Shown: positions 1 through 10,490, numbered from the whole stretch's first letter. The stretch is DNA of 63,227 bases, filler included, from 7 parts of 7 records of this genome joined end to end with filler, not necessarily neighbours in it; one strand, 5' to 3'. Notes: a model not told the origin generated them from the letters alone. Made by a program: numbers and translations.

Positions 1-642
1 CTGGAACAAAACCGCAAGTTAAAGGATTATTGCGAAGAACTAGGGATTACCTATTCAACTTCAACCTGGGATCTAACTTCCGCAAAAGAAATTGCATCAC
101 TAGAACCAGAATTAATTAAAATACCTTCGGCCTGTAATAACAACTACGAAATGCTGGGCTGGTTATGCGACAATTACAAAGGTGAAATCCATGCTTCAAC
201 CGGTATGACAACCAAAGACGAAATAGAAGAACTTGTTTCTTTTTTCGAAAGCAAAGGACGCAATAAAGACTTAGTACTTTACAACTGCACCTCCGGTTAT
301 CCTGTACCTTTCGAAGATGTTTGCCTTTTAGAAATTACCCGCCTAAAAGAAAATTACGGCCACCGCGTTAAAGAAATTGGATTTTCCGGACATCACCTGG
401 GTATAGCAATCGATGTTGCTGCTTATACTTTGGGTGCAACATGGGTTGAACGTCATTATACACTTGACAGAACCTGGAAAGGAACCGATCACGCTGCTTC
501 TTTGGAACCCGAAGGAATACGTCGTTTAGTACGAAATTTAAAGGCTACACAAAAAGCATTAAATTATAAAGATAAGGATGTGCTGGATATTGAAGATGTA
601 CAGCGTAAAAAACTGAAATATAAAAAAGCAGAAACTTTGTAA
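1..642 (+). CDS. neuB: Nonulosonic (sialic) acid synthase, NeuB/NANS family; 5' truncated
   Basis: Frame is open from base 1 (LEQNRKLKDYCEELGITYSTS...IKIPSACNNNYEM). Motifs CTSGYP, GFSGHHLG and ERHYTLDRTWKGTDHAASLEP. No C-terminal SAF/antifreeze-like domain. Confidence 0.9.
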   Translation: MEQNRKLKDYCEELGITYSTSTWDLTSAKEIASLEPELIKIPSACNNNYEMLGWLCDNYKGEIHASTGMTTKDEIEELVSFFESKGRNKDLVLYNCTSGYPVPFEDVCLLEITRLKENYGHRVKEIGFSGHHLGIAIDVAAYTLGATWVERHYTLDRTWKGTDHAASLEPEGIRRLVRNLKATQKALNYKDKDVLDIEDVQRKKLKYKKAETL

Positions 643-666
643 TCCTTTTAAGCAATTAATCTTTTC

Positions 667-2196
667 ATGTCACAATCTAACACGAATAGAATAGCAAAAA
701 ACACGCTAATGCTTTATATCCGGATGCTCCTTACCATGGGAGTATCCCTTTTTACGGTTCGTGTTGTTTTAGATATTTTAGGTGAAGTTGATTATGGGAT
801 ATACAATGTAGTAGCAGGAGTTGTTACTATGTTTTCATTTTTAAGTGGTACTATGGCATCAGCCTCACAACGATTTTTAGCTTTTGAGATTGGAAGAAAC
901 AACTTTAGCCAACTCAAAAAGACTTTTAGTATGACCATGACAATATATGCAATAATTGCGGTGGTTATTCTATTATTAGCAGAAACTGTTGGCCTTTGGT
1001 TTTTAAAAACCCAGATGACAATACCAGAGAATCGCATGGAAGCATCAATATGGGTTTACCAGTTTGCTATATTATCATTTATGATGACTATGTTTACAAT
1101 CCCTTATAATGCAGCTATTATCGCACATGAAAGAATGAAAGTATATGCCTATGTTAGCATTATTGAGGTAAGCTTAAAACTGTTAATAGTTTATTTATTA
1201 GTAGTATTTTCTTTTGACAAACTCAAACTTTATGCAATCCTAATGTTTGGAGTAACTAGCCTGATTACACTCACATACAGACTCTATTGTATTAACAATT
1301 TTAAAGAATGTAAATTAAAATTTTACTGGGATACTGAACTTTTTAAAGAGATAACAAGCTATTCTGGATGGAATTTATTTGGTGCTTTATCCAGTGTTTT
1401 TAAAAACCAAGGGATAAATATTATTTTAAATCTGTTTTTCACCCCTGTGGTAAATGCTGCACGGGGAATAGCGCACCAGGTTAACACTGCGGTTATGAGT
1501 TTCTCCAATAATTTTTACACCGCCGTAAGACCGCAAATTATTAAGTCTTATGCTGCCAATGAGCATACTTCATTGATGCGACTTGTCTTTCAGAGCACTA
1601 AACTATCCTATTACCTTCTTTTTTTCTTAACATTTCCGGTCCTTATTGAAACCAATTACATATTAGGTTTATGGTTAAAAGAAATTCCTGACCATACAAT
1701 AATATTTTTACGTTTGGCATTAATAGATATGTTGCTGGAATCGTTAGCACAACCTATCGCCACTCTTGCCCAGGCAACTGGAAAAATTAAATGGTACCAA
1801 ATTATTGTGGGCGGAACAAGAATTTTAACGCTACCTATTTCCTACATCTTTTTAAAAATAGGGTACCCTCCTGAAACAGTATTTTTTGTAATGATTTCGA
1901 TTACAATCTTATGCCTTGTCGAACGATTATTAATAGTAAAAAAACTTGTTGATTTGAAAATCACTTCCTATTTAAAAAAAGTAGTACTTATTATTGCTCT
2001 AGTAAGTCTTTCCTCAATACTTACGCTGGTTTTATTACAACAAATTATAAATATTCAGAATCACTTAATAAAAATTTCATTCGCTTTGTTTTTTGCAGCT
2101 ATCTCCATTTATACAATTGGGCTATCGAAGAAGGAAAAAACATTTTTATTAGAAATCATTATGAATAAATTAAGTCTAAAAAGAAAAAAAATATAA
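667..2196 (+). CDS. wzx: Polysaccharide flippase (Wzx, MOP superfamily)
   Basis: RIAKNTLMLYIRMLL N-terminus typical of Bacteroidota Wzx; many TM helices; sits in a polysaccharide locus. Confidence 0.88.
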   Translation: MSQSNTNRIAKNTLMLYIRMLLTMGVSLFTVRVVLDILGEVDYGIYNVVAGVVTMFSFLSGTMASASQRFLAFEIGRNNFSQLKKTFSMTMTIYAIIAVVILLLAETVGLWFLKTQMTIPENRMEASIWVYQFAILSFMMTMFTIPYNAAIIAHERMKVYAYVSIIEVSLKLLIVYLLVVFSFDKLKLYAILMFGVTSLITLTYRLYCINNFKECKLKFYWDTELFKEITSYSGWNLFGALSSVFKNQGINIILNLFFTPVVNAARGIAHQVNTAVMSFSNNFYTAVRPQIIKSYAANEHTSLMRLVFQSTKLSYYLLFFLTFPVLIETNYILGLWLKEIPDHTIIFLRLALIDMLLESLAQPIATLAQATGKIKWYQIIVGGTRILTLPISYIFLKIGYPPETVFFVMISITILCLVERLLIVKKLVDLKITSYLKKVVLIIALVSLSSILTLVLLQQIINIQNHLIKISFALFFAAISIYTIGLSKKEKTFLLEIIMNKLSLKRKKI

Positions 2197-2197
2197 T

Positions 2198-3514
2198 ATG
2201 AAAAAAAATGTTCTCTTTATAGGAGACTATAGACCAGCCAATAATTATGGTAGCATTGCTACAACAGAATCTCTACTTAATCTGATAGAGCAAAATGTAG
2301 ATGTAAACCTAAAGATTATTGATCGTAGAAGCTTCGATAATCCAACTCCTAAAAATGGTTTTAAAGAAAGAAACTCCTTAAAGTCTAAAATAAGAAAACA
2401 AATTCCATTCTTCATACGGGTAATGTATCGCAAATTTAAAAGCCAATGTAGTAAGGAAACATACTTTAATTCCCTTCACATACCTCCAACTTATAATTGC
2501 TTCGAAGAATTCTATTCAAAAATTACAAATGGTGAAATTTTGCAATACGAACAAGCTCTTCTGGATTGGGCTGATATTGTTTTTATAAATGGTGAAGGAA
2601 CCATTGTTAATGGAACCAATAAGTATGGAGTCTACAATGCTGGAGGAAGGTATATTATTTACATGGCCTGGCTATCTAAAATAAAATACAAGAAATTGAC
2701 TATTCTTGTAAACCATACTGTGGATCCAAGTAATTCTGATGCCTATGAAATGATATCTAAGGTATACAAGCATTTAGACTTTATAGCCACACGAGAACCT
2801 TTATCTCTATTAAAATTAAACAAATTAAATATTACAAACGCTTGCTATATCCCAGATGCTTTATTTAGCTATAAACCAAAAATAAACTGGGAGTACCATG
2901 AGCTTAAGAAGTTGCCTATTAATTTTGACAAACCATATATTTGCATTGGAGATTCGGCAGGATTTAAAAAACATGACTGGTTGGATGGTGTAAAATGGGA
3001 CGTTGAATCATTTTATTCAGAACTTATTCAAAAACTAAAAACTGTTATTCCACAAATCGTTTTTATAGATGGTTATACCGTTTCAGGCAAAACTAGTGAT
3101 CCAAGAAGATTCCCTACAATTGAAAGAATAATAAAGCAAAACAATGTTGCTCATATTAGTCTTGCTAACTGTAATTACCATGAATTAGCACAGGTTTTAT
3201 CTAAGTCTGAACTTTTTGTTTCTGGAAGGTGGCACTCTTCAATACTCAGTTTACTTGTAAACACTCCTATTTTATTATGGGGTTCGGATAGTCATAAAAC
3301 AAAAGCCTTATATCACATTATTGATTATAAATCTCCTTATTTTGAAACTAGCTCACTGCCTTTGCATATAAATGATATAGTTGATGAGGCCAAAAATATT
3401 TTAGAGAACAAAATTTTAATTAAAAAAGATTTACAGAAGAAGGTTAAGTCTTTGTCGATAAAAAGTGAAGATAATGTTGCGGTGTTAAAAGAAAAACTCC
3501 AAACAATAAACTAA
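2198..3514 (+). CDS. Polysaccharide pyruvyl transferase family protein
   Basis: NYGS N-terminal motif, INGEG, REPLS, PDALF and VSGRWHSSILS motifs. Confidence 0.7.
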   Translation: MKKNVLFIGDYRPANNYGSIATTESLLNLIEQNVDVNLKIIDRRSFDNPTPKNGFKERNSLKSKIRKQIPFFIRVMYRKFKSQCSKETYFNSLHIPPTYNCFEEFYSKITNGEILQYEQALLDWADIVFINGEGTIVNGTNKYGVYNAGGRYIIYMAWLSKIKYKKLTILVNHTVDPSNSDAYEMISKVYKHLDFIATREPLSLLKLNKLNITNACYIPDALFSYKPKINWEYHELKKLPINFDKPYICIGDSAGFKKHDWLDGVKWDVESFYSELIQKLKTVIPQIVFIDGYTVSGKTSDPRRFPTIERIIKQNNVAHISLANCNYHELAQVLSKSELFVSGRWHSSILSLLVNTPILLWGSDSHKTKALYHIIDYKSPYFETSSLPLHINDIVDEAKNILENKILIKKDLQKKVKSLSIKSEDNVAVLKEKLQTIN

Positions 3515-3520
3515 TTTACA

Positions 3521-4921
3521 ATGAATATAGCTTTTATCTCAATGGGTACTAAAATCCCATTCTATACTTCAATTAGTTCTGAAATTGAAAAAAAATCGAA
3601 ATCTGCAATTAAAATATACTGGATATGCTTTAGTAACCAAGAATATAACTTATTAAAAAGCAAAGGTATTAACGACAGTAACATTTTAAATTTAAATTGG
3701 AATATTCGAAATAACTCGAATAAGCCAATCGGGGATTATAAATTAAATGAACTTATTGTAGGAGATCGATTCATGAAATATAATTTTGATGAAAGTCTGA
3801 AATACTTACAGTCTATCCAAAGTATATTCTATGATTTCGTAAAATCGAACCAAATAAGGTATGTGTTTGGCGAGATGACATTTACCTATGAAATATTGAT
3901 GCATAGAATTTGTGAAAATAAGTTGAAAGACATTTGTACCTTTTTACATCCACAATCAATTCGTATTCCCAATGGCCGTTTTACATTTCTTGATACTGAA
4001 TTTCAGGAATCAATTTATCCAAAAGCAGAAAACTTTTATACCGAAGAAGATATTTCAGGTGTGGAAATACCAATAAAGCCAACTGTCCCTCAAAGAGTAG
4101 CTGAAGTTGCACAAGATGTTGCAAAAACTTTAACCTTTAGTTACCGGCTTGGATACATAAAAAGGCTTTTTTCAAATTTTCTGGATTTTAACCAAAAGGA
4201 CTTTGCCAAAACAGCAGCAAGGGACAGAAAGTCTTGGATAAAAGAAGTAATAACAAAAGAAAAAAATAAACTTTATTATACCAAATTTCTTACTAGGACA
4301 GATTATGTAGAATTTAAGGATAAGAAGTTCTTTTATATAACCTTACATATGCAACCTGAGGCTTCAGTCGATGTTGTTGGAAGGTATTACGAAGATCAAT
4401 TACAGTTCATTTATAATATCTGGCGTATTTTACCACAAAACTACTTTATTGTAATAAAAGAACATACCAATGCAATAGGCAATCGGGGTAAATCTTTTTT
4501 TAAAAGTTGTCTGGCTTTAAAAAATGTTATAATTGCCAATGAACATATTCCATCTCATGACCTGATAAAAAAATCTGAGGCAGTTTTTACGAACAGTGGC
4601 ACTTCTGCATTGGAAGGAGCTCTTTTTGGAAAAGATGTTTTTATTTTTTCAGATATATTCTTTGAAAAACTAAAATGCTGCCATAAACTTAATACCGAAG
4701 ATTTAAAATTTTGTAAATCATATAACGACCTTTTATTAACTGTAAAAGAAAGAGATTCTGAAAAAATGACACAAGAAGAATATTCTAAGTACATTTTACG
4801 AAGTAGTTTTAAAGGAGTAATCGACCCTCCCAGTAACTCACATCTTTTAAAATCAAAAGAGAATATAAGTGAAATAGCTAATAGTTTTGTTTCTTTTCTA
4901 AAGATTGCTGAAACAACCTAA
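3521..4921 (+). CDS. KpsS/Capsule_synth-like ulosonic-acid transferase candidate
   Basis: C-terminal LHMQPEASVD...VIKEH...TNSGTSALEG pattern of the capsule polysaccharide biosynthesis (KpsS-like) family. Confidence 0.6.
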   Translation: MNIAFISMGTKIPFYTSISSEIEKKSKSAIKIYWICFSNQEYNLLKSKGINDSNILNLNWNIRNNSNKPIGDYKLNELIVGDRFMKYNFDESLKYLQSIQSIFYDFVKSNQIRYVFGEMTFTYEILMHRICENKLKDICTFLHPQSIRIPNGRFTFLDTEFQESIYPKAENFYTEEDISGVEIPIKPTVPQRVAEVAQDVAKTLTFSYRLGYIKRLFSNFLDFNQKDFAKTAARDRKSWIKEVITKEKNKLYYTKFLTRTDYVEFKDKKFFYITLHMQPEASVDVVGRYYEDQLQFIYNIWRILPQNYFIVIKEHTNAIGNRGKSFFKSCLALKNVIIANEHIPSHDLIKKSEAVFTNSGTSALEGALFGKDVFIFSDIFFEKLKCCHKLNTEDLKFCKSYNDLLLTVKERDSEKMTQEEYSKYILRSSFKGVIDPPSNSHLLKSKENISEIANSFVSFLKIAETT

Positions 4922-4923
4922 AA

Positions 4924-5035
4924 ATGCACGAGTCCTATATTTGGTTTTACACAATAACTGTTTGGATAATTCTGATTTTCTATCAGAAAAGGATAGGTTA
5001 TTTGGCTCCAAGCAGTATTGCAATATTCCTGTATG
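4924..5035 (+). CDS. Start of a membrane protein, probably O-antigen/capsule polymerase Wzy; 3' truncated
   Basis: ATG 2 nt after the previous stop; translates MHESYIWFYTITVWIILIFYQKRIGYLAPSSIAIFLY (hydrophobic). Different frame from the listed 4905 ORF. Confidence 0.45.
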
Positions 5036-5135
5036 NNNNNNNNNNNNNNNNNNNNNNNNNNNNNNNNNNNNNNNNNNNNTTAATTAATTAANNNNNNNNN
5101 NNNNNNNNNNNNNNNNNNNNNNNNNNNNNNNNNNN
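5036..5135. other. Artificial contig spacer
   Basis: N-run containing TTAATTAATTAA (stops in all frames); composition changes across it. Confidence 0.98.
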
Positions 5136-5732
5136 AAAATGTTTACATCCAAAAAAACCTCTATAAGAAGATAAAGGACTTGGATGAGGCGCAGTTAAAA
5201 TATGATGTTTTATTTCATCAATTAGTTTACTTTTTTTAATAGCAGGAGCACCCCAAAGTATGAAAACTATATTTTCACATGATGATGAGATATATTTAAT
5301 AATATTGTCAGTGAAAGTTTCCCAACCCATTTTGTGGTGGGATTTTGGTCTTGCTTCTTCAACTGTTAAAATTGCATTTAATAAAAGAACTCCTTGTTTT
5401 GCCCAAGGTGTCAAGTCTCCATCTAAACAAATAGAGTCATTTCCTAAATCCTCTTTTATCTCTTTTAAAATATTTTGCATAGAAGGAGGGTTTTTAATAT
5501 CACTTGGTGTTGAGAAAGAGAAACCTTGTGCTTGTCCTTCTCCATGATAAGGGTCTTGTCCTAAAATAACTACCTTTAAATCCTTTAAAGGTGTTTTCTC
5601 AAAAGCATTAAAAATCAACTCTTTTGGTGGAAAAATCTTTTTTGTTGCATACTCATTTTCTAAAGAGTTTTCTAAACTTTTATAATAATCTTTATTTTTT
5701 TCAATATTTAAAATATCATCCCATGTATTCAT
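5136..5732 (-). CDS. ung: Uracil-DNA glycosylase; 3' truncated
   Basis: GQDPYH and HPSPLS catalytic motifs. Confidence 0.97.
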
Positions 5733-5808
5733 AATCTACCTTTAGTTATAAAAGAGTATTATTGCAGATTAAATTTAAAAAAGCCTATTAGAGAAGATAA
5801 AAAATAGA

Positions 5809-6996
5809 ATGAAACCATATATAAAATCAATTATCGCATCATTTTTAGTAATTTTAGCCTGTTTAGGTTTTGGAAGATTCTCTTTTGGAATGGTTCTACC
5901 AAACTTACAAGAAAGTCTACTTCTTAGTTCTTCACAAGTGGGTTTTATAGGAACTGCAAATTTTATTGGATATTTTATTGGAATATTCTTTGCAAACTTT
6001 TTATATAGAAAATTTTCTACTCATAGATTAATCTTTACAACTATTTTATTACAAGCCTTTTCTATGTTCTTAATGACCCTTACAAATGACTACAAACTTG
6101 TATCATTTTTTTATTCTTTTAGTGGCTTCTTTTCTGCTATTTCAAATATTGCTATTATGGCTTATATTTCAAATGTTATTCCTAAAAATATTAGAGGAAA
6201 AGCTTTAGGAATAATAGTAAGTGCAAGTGGTTTAGCCATAGTATTAAGTGGTCAAATAGTTCCTTTTACACAAGATATTGTAAAAGATGTTCCTTGGGAA
6301 ACGGCATGGATAATTTTTTGTTTAATCCTTGTAGTTGTTGCTTTTATGTCGCAACCTGGAATAAAAAAACATGCAGCACATAATATAAGTGATATCACAT
6401 TTAAAACTAAAGAGTTTATTACTACCACAAGCTTTTGGAAAATTGCATTTGTTTATATAGTGTTTGGTTTTACTTACTCTATTTATGTAACCTTTTTTGT
6501 AAGTGCTGTAATGCAAAAGTATGAATTATCAACACATATTTCAGGTAACTTCTGGACTTTGCTTGGATTTATGAGTATCTTCTCTGGCTTTTTATTTGGA
6601 ACACTTGCTGATAAAATAGGAGCATACAAAACATTGATTTTTGTATTTGCTTTACAAACTATCGCCCATGGAAGTTTAGCTTTTAGTCTTCCTTCTTTTT
6701 CTATTTGGGTTTCAGTAATTTTATTTGGTATCTCTGTTTGGAGTATTCCCTCATTAGTAACTTTACTTTGTTCAATAGAGTTTCATGGAAGTAAAACAGC
6801 AAAAGTCTTTTCCCTTGTAACTATTCTTTTTGCAGTATTTCAAGCCTTTGGACCATTTGTTGCGGGAGTAGTTCACGATATCACAAAAGACTATTCTGAT
6901 ATATTTATGATTACTTCACTTTTAGCATTAATTACAGTTTTTATCTCTTTTATATTTTCAAAGGATAAAATATCTTCTAATATAATAGAAAAATAA
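5809..6996 (+). CDS. MFS transporter (YbfB/YjiJ-like)
   Basis: About 12 TM helices; LGFGRFSFGMVLP N-terminus; GTLADKIG motif A in the second half. Confidence 0.85.
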   Translation: MKPYIKSIIASFLVILACLGFGRFSFGMVLPNLQESLLLSSSQVGFIGTANFIGYFIGIFFANFLYRKFSTHRLIFTTILLQAFSMFLMTLTNDYKLVSFFYSFSGFFSAISNIAIMAYISNVIPKNIRGKALGIIVSASGLAIVLSGQIVPFTQDIVKDVPWETAWIIFCLILVVVAFMSQPGIKKHAAHNISDITFKTKEFITTTSFWKIAFVYIVFGFTYSIYVTFFVSAVMQKYELSTHISGNFWTLLGFMSIFSGFLFGTLADKIGAYKTLIFVFALQTIAHGSLAFSLPSFSIWVSVILFGISVWSIPSLVTLLCSIEFHGSKTAKVFSLVTILFAVFQAFGPFVAGVVHDITKDYSDIFMITSLLALITVFISFIFSKDKISSNIIEK

Positions 6997-7024
6997 ACAA
7001 AAAAATAAACTACGAGGAACTACT

Positions 7025-7678
7025 TTGAAAAATAATGGATTTATATTTGACTTAGATGGAACACTAATAGATTCTTTAACAGATATTGCACTTTGTTCAA
7101 ATATTGTTTTAAAAGAGTTTAATCTACCAACCCATGAAATAGAAACTTACAAATATTTTGTTGGTGGAGGTGCAGAAGTTTTAGTTAATAATGCTGTACC
7201 TAAAGATTCTACAGAAGAGTTAAATAGAAAAGTTCTAGAAAGATTTAAAGAAGTATATGACCAAGAGCTACACGATAATACAAAGCCTTATGATGGCATT
7301 TATGACTTATTAGACCTTTTACATGAAAATGAAATAAAAGTAGCTGTATTATCAAATAAACCCCATGAGTTTACAATCAAATATGTTGATGAGTTTTTCC
7401 CGAAATATTCAAATATCTTGGAAGTACATGGTTCAAAAGAGCATGTTCCTAAAAAACCCCACCCAAGTGCAGCTATAGAAATTGCAAATGCTTTAAATCT
7501 AGAGTGTGAAAATATCTATTTTGTGGGAGATAGCGATGTGGATATGCAAACTGCAAAAAACTCAAATATGAAAGCAGTTGGTGTATCTTGGGGATTTAGA
7601 GGTCCAAAAGAGTTGATTGAAAATGGAGCTGACCATATAGTTGAAACTCCAGTTGATATCTTTAAACTACTTAAATAG
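7025..7678 (+). CDS. HAD-family hydrolase (phosphoglycolate phosphatase-like)
   Basis: FDLDGTL motif I, LSNK, KPHP, VGDSDVD; TTG start with GAGGA RBS. Confidence 0.9.
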   Translation: MKNNGFIFDLDGTLIDSLTDIALCSNIVLKEFNLPTHEIETYKYFVGGGAEVLVNNAVPKDSTEELNRKVLERFKEVYDQELHDNTKPYDGIYDLLDLLHENEIKVAVLSNKPHEFTIKYVDEFFPKYSNILEVHGSKEHVPKKPHPSAAIEIANALNLECENIYFVGDSDVDMQTAKNSNMKAVGVSWGFRGPKELIENGADHIVETPVDIFKLLK

Positions 7679-7683
7679 AAGAG

Positions 7684-8487
7684 TTAAAACCCTAACTCTT
7701 CTATTACTTCTTTTGGTGTTTTTCCTATACTTTCACATAAGCTTTTAAACTTATCCTCACCTTTTGCATCTATTCCTAAAACTTTTAATTTAGCTATTAA
7801 CTCTTCTGTCTCAATGCCTAAATCATTTGCTATTTGTGAAATATTTTTTCTTCCTAAGCCAGAAAGTGAATCAGACTTTTTAACACTAACTTTTTGTTTT
7901 TCACTTAATATTGAGAAAACTTTTTGGGCACTAATATTATTGTTTTTAGCAATATCTTTTAAAGTATCCATTTCATCTGCTTCAATATTTTTTGATTTTA
8001 GAATAGCCAAACTTTTTTCTAAATCAAAGTCTACTTTTAAAGCAAACTCTTCTAAGGTATCAAGTTCTGCATGGGAATATGGAGCTTTTTCATACTTTTG
8101 CTCCCATGAGTTTTTTATATCTTCACCAAAATCTATAAATGTAGAAAACGGAGATACTTCATTTAAAGTTCCTACTAAAAAAACAAGTGTAATCACAAAA
8201 GCTACAGCCATCTCTTTTGTAAATACAACTACTACTTTTGCTTTATTTTTCATATAACTAAGCATAGGTTTCCAGTTATAATATATATGTAAAATAGTAG
8301 CTACAATAAATAGAACCATAAAAGTTGAGTGTACTTGTGCATACTCTTCTTTTCCTAATCCTAATATTTCCCAGTTAGACCATTTTGCAACTCTTCCAGG
8401 AGGAGAGATAAACAACATGATTCCAGTGTAAGTCATAAGAATCATTGACAATAACATTGTTAAAGATGTGATTTTTTTAAGACTCAT
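7684..8487 (-). CDS. DUF4405-domain membrane protein with repeated helical C-terminal units
   Basis: TGIMLFISPPGRVAKW..H..LHIYYNW pattern; start moved to MSLKK (AAGGAG RBS). Confidence 0.7.
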   Translation of the reverse strand: MSLKKITSLTMLLSMILMTYTGIMLFISPPGRVAKWSNWEILGLGKEEYAQVHSTFMVLFIVATILHIYYNWKPMLSYMKNKAKVVVVFTKEMAVAFVITLVFLVGTLNEVSPFSTFIDFGEDIKNSWEQKYEKAPYSHAELDTLEEFALKVDFDLEKSLAILKSKNIEADEMDTLKDIAKNNNISAQKVFSILSEKQKVSVKKSDSLSGLGRKNISQIANDLGIETEELIAKLKVLGIDAKGEDKFKSLCESIGKTPKEVIEELGF

Positions 8488-8575
8488 AATAAACTCCTTC
8501 ATACTATAAGTTTATTATATTCCAATCTATTTAAATAAGTGAAATTTTTATGTAAGTTTTTACTTGAGCTAGATG

Positions 8576-8959
8576 TTAAACATCTAACTCAAAGAAAGTT
8601 TCATCAATCTTCTTATACTCAGCAACTGAGCAAGTGATTTTAATTGCATTGTCATAGTCTTCAAAGTACTCTTTGAAAAGCTTTTTAAGTTCCGTAATGT
8701 TTGCCGTTCTAAAAACGAAGTAACCTACAATATTTTTACCTCTTTTTCCTGCTTTTTCTATTCCAAAACTATCGAATTTCCACTCAACACCTCTTGAATA
8801 AAAAAATACCTCTTCAAGTCTTTTCTCTAATTCACTTCTAACGTGATCATTATACTCTTTTAGGTGAACATAAAAAGCTACATTCACATTGAATGCATCC
8901 TGTACAAGCTTCTTTTCAAACTTTGTTTCAGGTGTTTTTGTTAAATCTGTATTATCCAT
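8576..8959 (-). CDS. Hypothetical protein
   Basis: 127-aa ORF with AGGG RBS and normal composition; no motif recognised. Confidence 0.6.
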   Translation of the reverse strand: MDNTDLTKTPETKFEKKLVQDAFNVNVAFYVHLKEYNDHVRSELEKRLEEVFFYSRGVEWKFDSFGIEKAGKRGKNIVGYFVFRTANITELKKLFKEYFEDYDNAIKITCSVAEYKKIDETFFELDV

Positions 8960-9150
8960 TTTGTTCCCTATGTCATAAAATAAAATATGTAATTATAGTA
9001 CATCTGAATAAAGAACAAATAAAAAGAAGCTCTTTTTTATAGTTATATAACTACAGTTAATAATTATCATAAATCATGTTAAGTTTTTTTTAAGCATAAG
9101 ATAAATAACTATAGATTATAATTCTACAAATAAAATCATAAGGAAAACTA

Positions 9151-9672
9151 ATGAAATTAAAAGAACTTTTATTAACTTTAGCCCTTGCAGCAAGTTCAAT
9201 GTTTGCAGCAGAGTTTGTAGATTACAACAAATTAAGCTCAATGCTTAAAAAAGAGAATAAAGCAAACGGTACATATGCAACAACAGAAGATGTAAAAAAA
9301 GCTTTAAAAGCAAAAGACTGGTTAGTAGCAGATGTAAGAACAATGGAAGAGTGGGCAGCAGCACATATCAAAGGTTCTGTTAGAATTGGAAGACAAGCAC
9401 CGGAGAAAGGTTTAGCTTTACATGCTTTAGATATGGATGATAACTTTATCAAACAAAATGTGATTATCGTTTGTAACTCAGCAGCTAGAGCTTCAATTGA
9501 AGCAGAAACAATCAGAAAAATGGGATTTAAACAAGTTAAAGTTTATGATTTATACTCTTGGATTGATGAGTGTAATCCTGTAGTTACAAAATATACAGTA
9601 AAAAAAGACAAAGGTGGAACTGGTCTTAAATTTGGTAACTTCTTTGCAGAACACTGTAAAGAGAAGAAATAG
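9151..9672 (+). CDS. Exported rhodanese-like sulfurtransferase
   Basis: Signal peptide; DVRTMEEWAAAHIKGS and active-site loop CNSAAR. Confidence 0.85.
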   Translation: MKLKELLLTLALAASSMFAAEFVDYNKLSSMLKKENKANGTYATTEDVKKALKAKDWLVADVRTMEEWAAAHIKGSVRIGRQAPEKGLALHALDMDDNFIKQNVIIVCNSAARASIEAETIRKMGFKQVKVYDLYSWIDECNPVVTKYTVKKDKGGTGLKFGNFFAEHCKEKK

Positions 9673-9673
9673 T

Positions 9674-9699
9674 ATCTAAAGGAATTTTCTCCTTTAGAT
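9674..9699. terminator. Hairpin between convergent genes
   Basis: ATCTAAAGGA-6 nt loop-TCCTTTAGAT, perfect 10-bp stem. Confidence 0.6.
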
Positions 9700-10490
9700 T
9701 ACACACCTATCTTTCTAGCATTTTTCATTTGCATTTTTGCAACTTCTCGTAAATCAACATTACTATCAAGCTCATCTACAATCTCAGCACCAAGTAAAGA
9801 CTCTAAGGCATCTTCTAAAGTCACTACACCTTCTGTTTGCTCATAGTTGTCTGTTACAATAAATAGATGCTCTTTTTTTAATAAGAACATATCAATAAGT
9901 TTAGAAATAGAGATATTTTCATTTACACGAAGAACTGGTTTTATTAAGTCTTCTTTTGTTTCATAATTGTCTTCAAGCATTTCATGGAAATACTCTTTTG
10001 AAATAACTATTCCTACAATATCATCAATATCTTCATCATAAATAGGAACCCTTGAATACTCTTTGAACTTTTCTAAATCAACCTTTGTTCTATCATTAAA
10101 GCTATCTAAAAAATCATTTTTTTGTACAGAAAAAACCACAGACCTTGGAGTAAAGACATCTTTTACCTTTATCTCATTTAGATTTAAAAGGTTTTCAATC
10201 ATAACTGTCTCTTTTACTCTTAATACACCTTTTTTCTCTGCGATTGTAGCTGTTGCTAAAATCTCATCTTTTGTCATAGTCTCTTTTTTTGAAGGAGTTA
10301 TAAAAGTAGTGATTTTGTTCATAACGATTAAAATAGGATAAGTAATAAACACTAAGCCTTTGATAGTTCTAGTTGCAAAACCTGCTAAACCTTTCCAATA
10401 ATATGCACCTAAAGTTTTAGGAATAATCTCTGAAAATACTAAAATTAAAATCGTTAAAACAGCAGAGATATAAAACATATACTCTTCACC
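9699..10490 (-). CDS. CNNM/CorC-like (DUF21 + CBS pair) membrane protein; 5' truncated
   Basis: FSEIIPKTLG, YSRVPIY and GVVTLEDALESLLGAEIVDE; frame runs to the contig edge. Confidence 0.88.
   Translation of the reverse strand, partial: GEEYMFYISAVLTILILVFSEIIPKTLGAYYWKGLAGFATRTIKGLVFITYPILIVMNKITTFITPSKKETMTKDEILATATIAEKKGVLRVKETVMIENLLNLNEIKVKDVFTPRSVVFSVQKNDFLDSFNDRTKVDLEKFKEYSRVPIYDEDIDDIVGIVISKEYFHEMLEDNYETKEDLIKPVLRVNENISISKLIDMFLLKKEHLFIVTDNYEQTEGVVTLEDALESLLGAEIVDELDSNVDLREVAKMQMKNARKIGV

Noticed and set aside
4905-5087. Listed 60-aa ORF MLKQPKNARV...
   Set aside because: Non-ATG start overlapping the upstream gene; the alternative frame from ATG 4924 gives a more plausible membrane protein.
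9056-9074. Fur-box-like sequence GTTAATAATTATCATAAAT upstream of the rhodanese
   Set aside because: 13/19 match in extremely AT-rich DNA is not discriminating, and there is no iron-related gene context.
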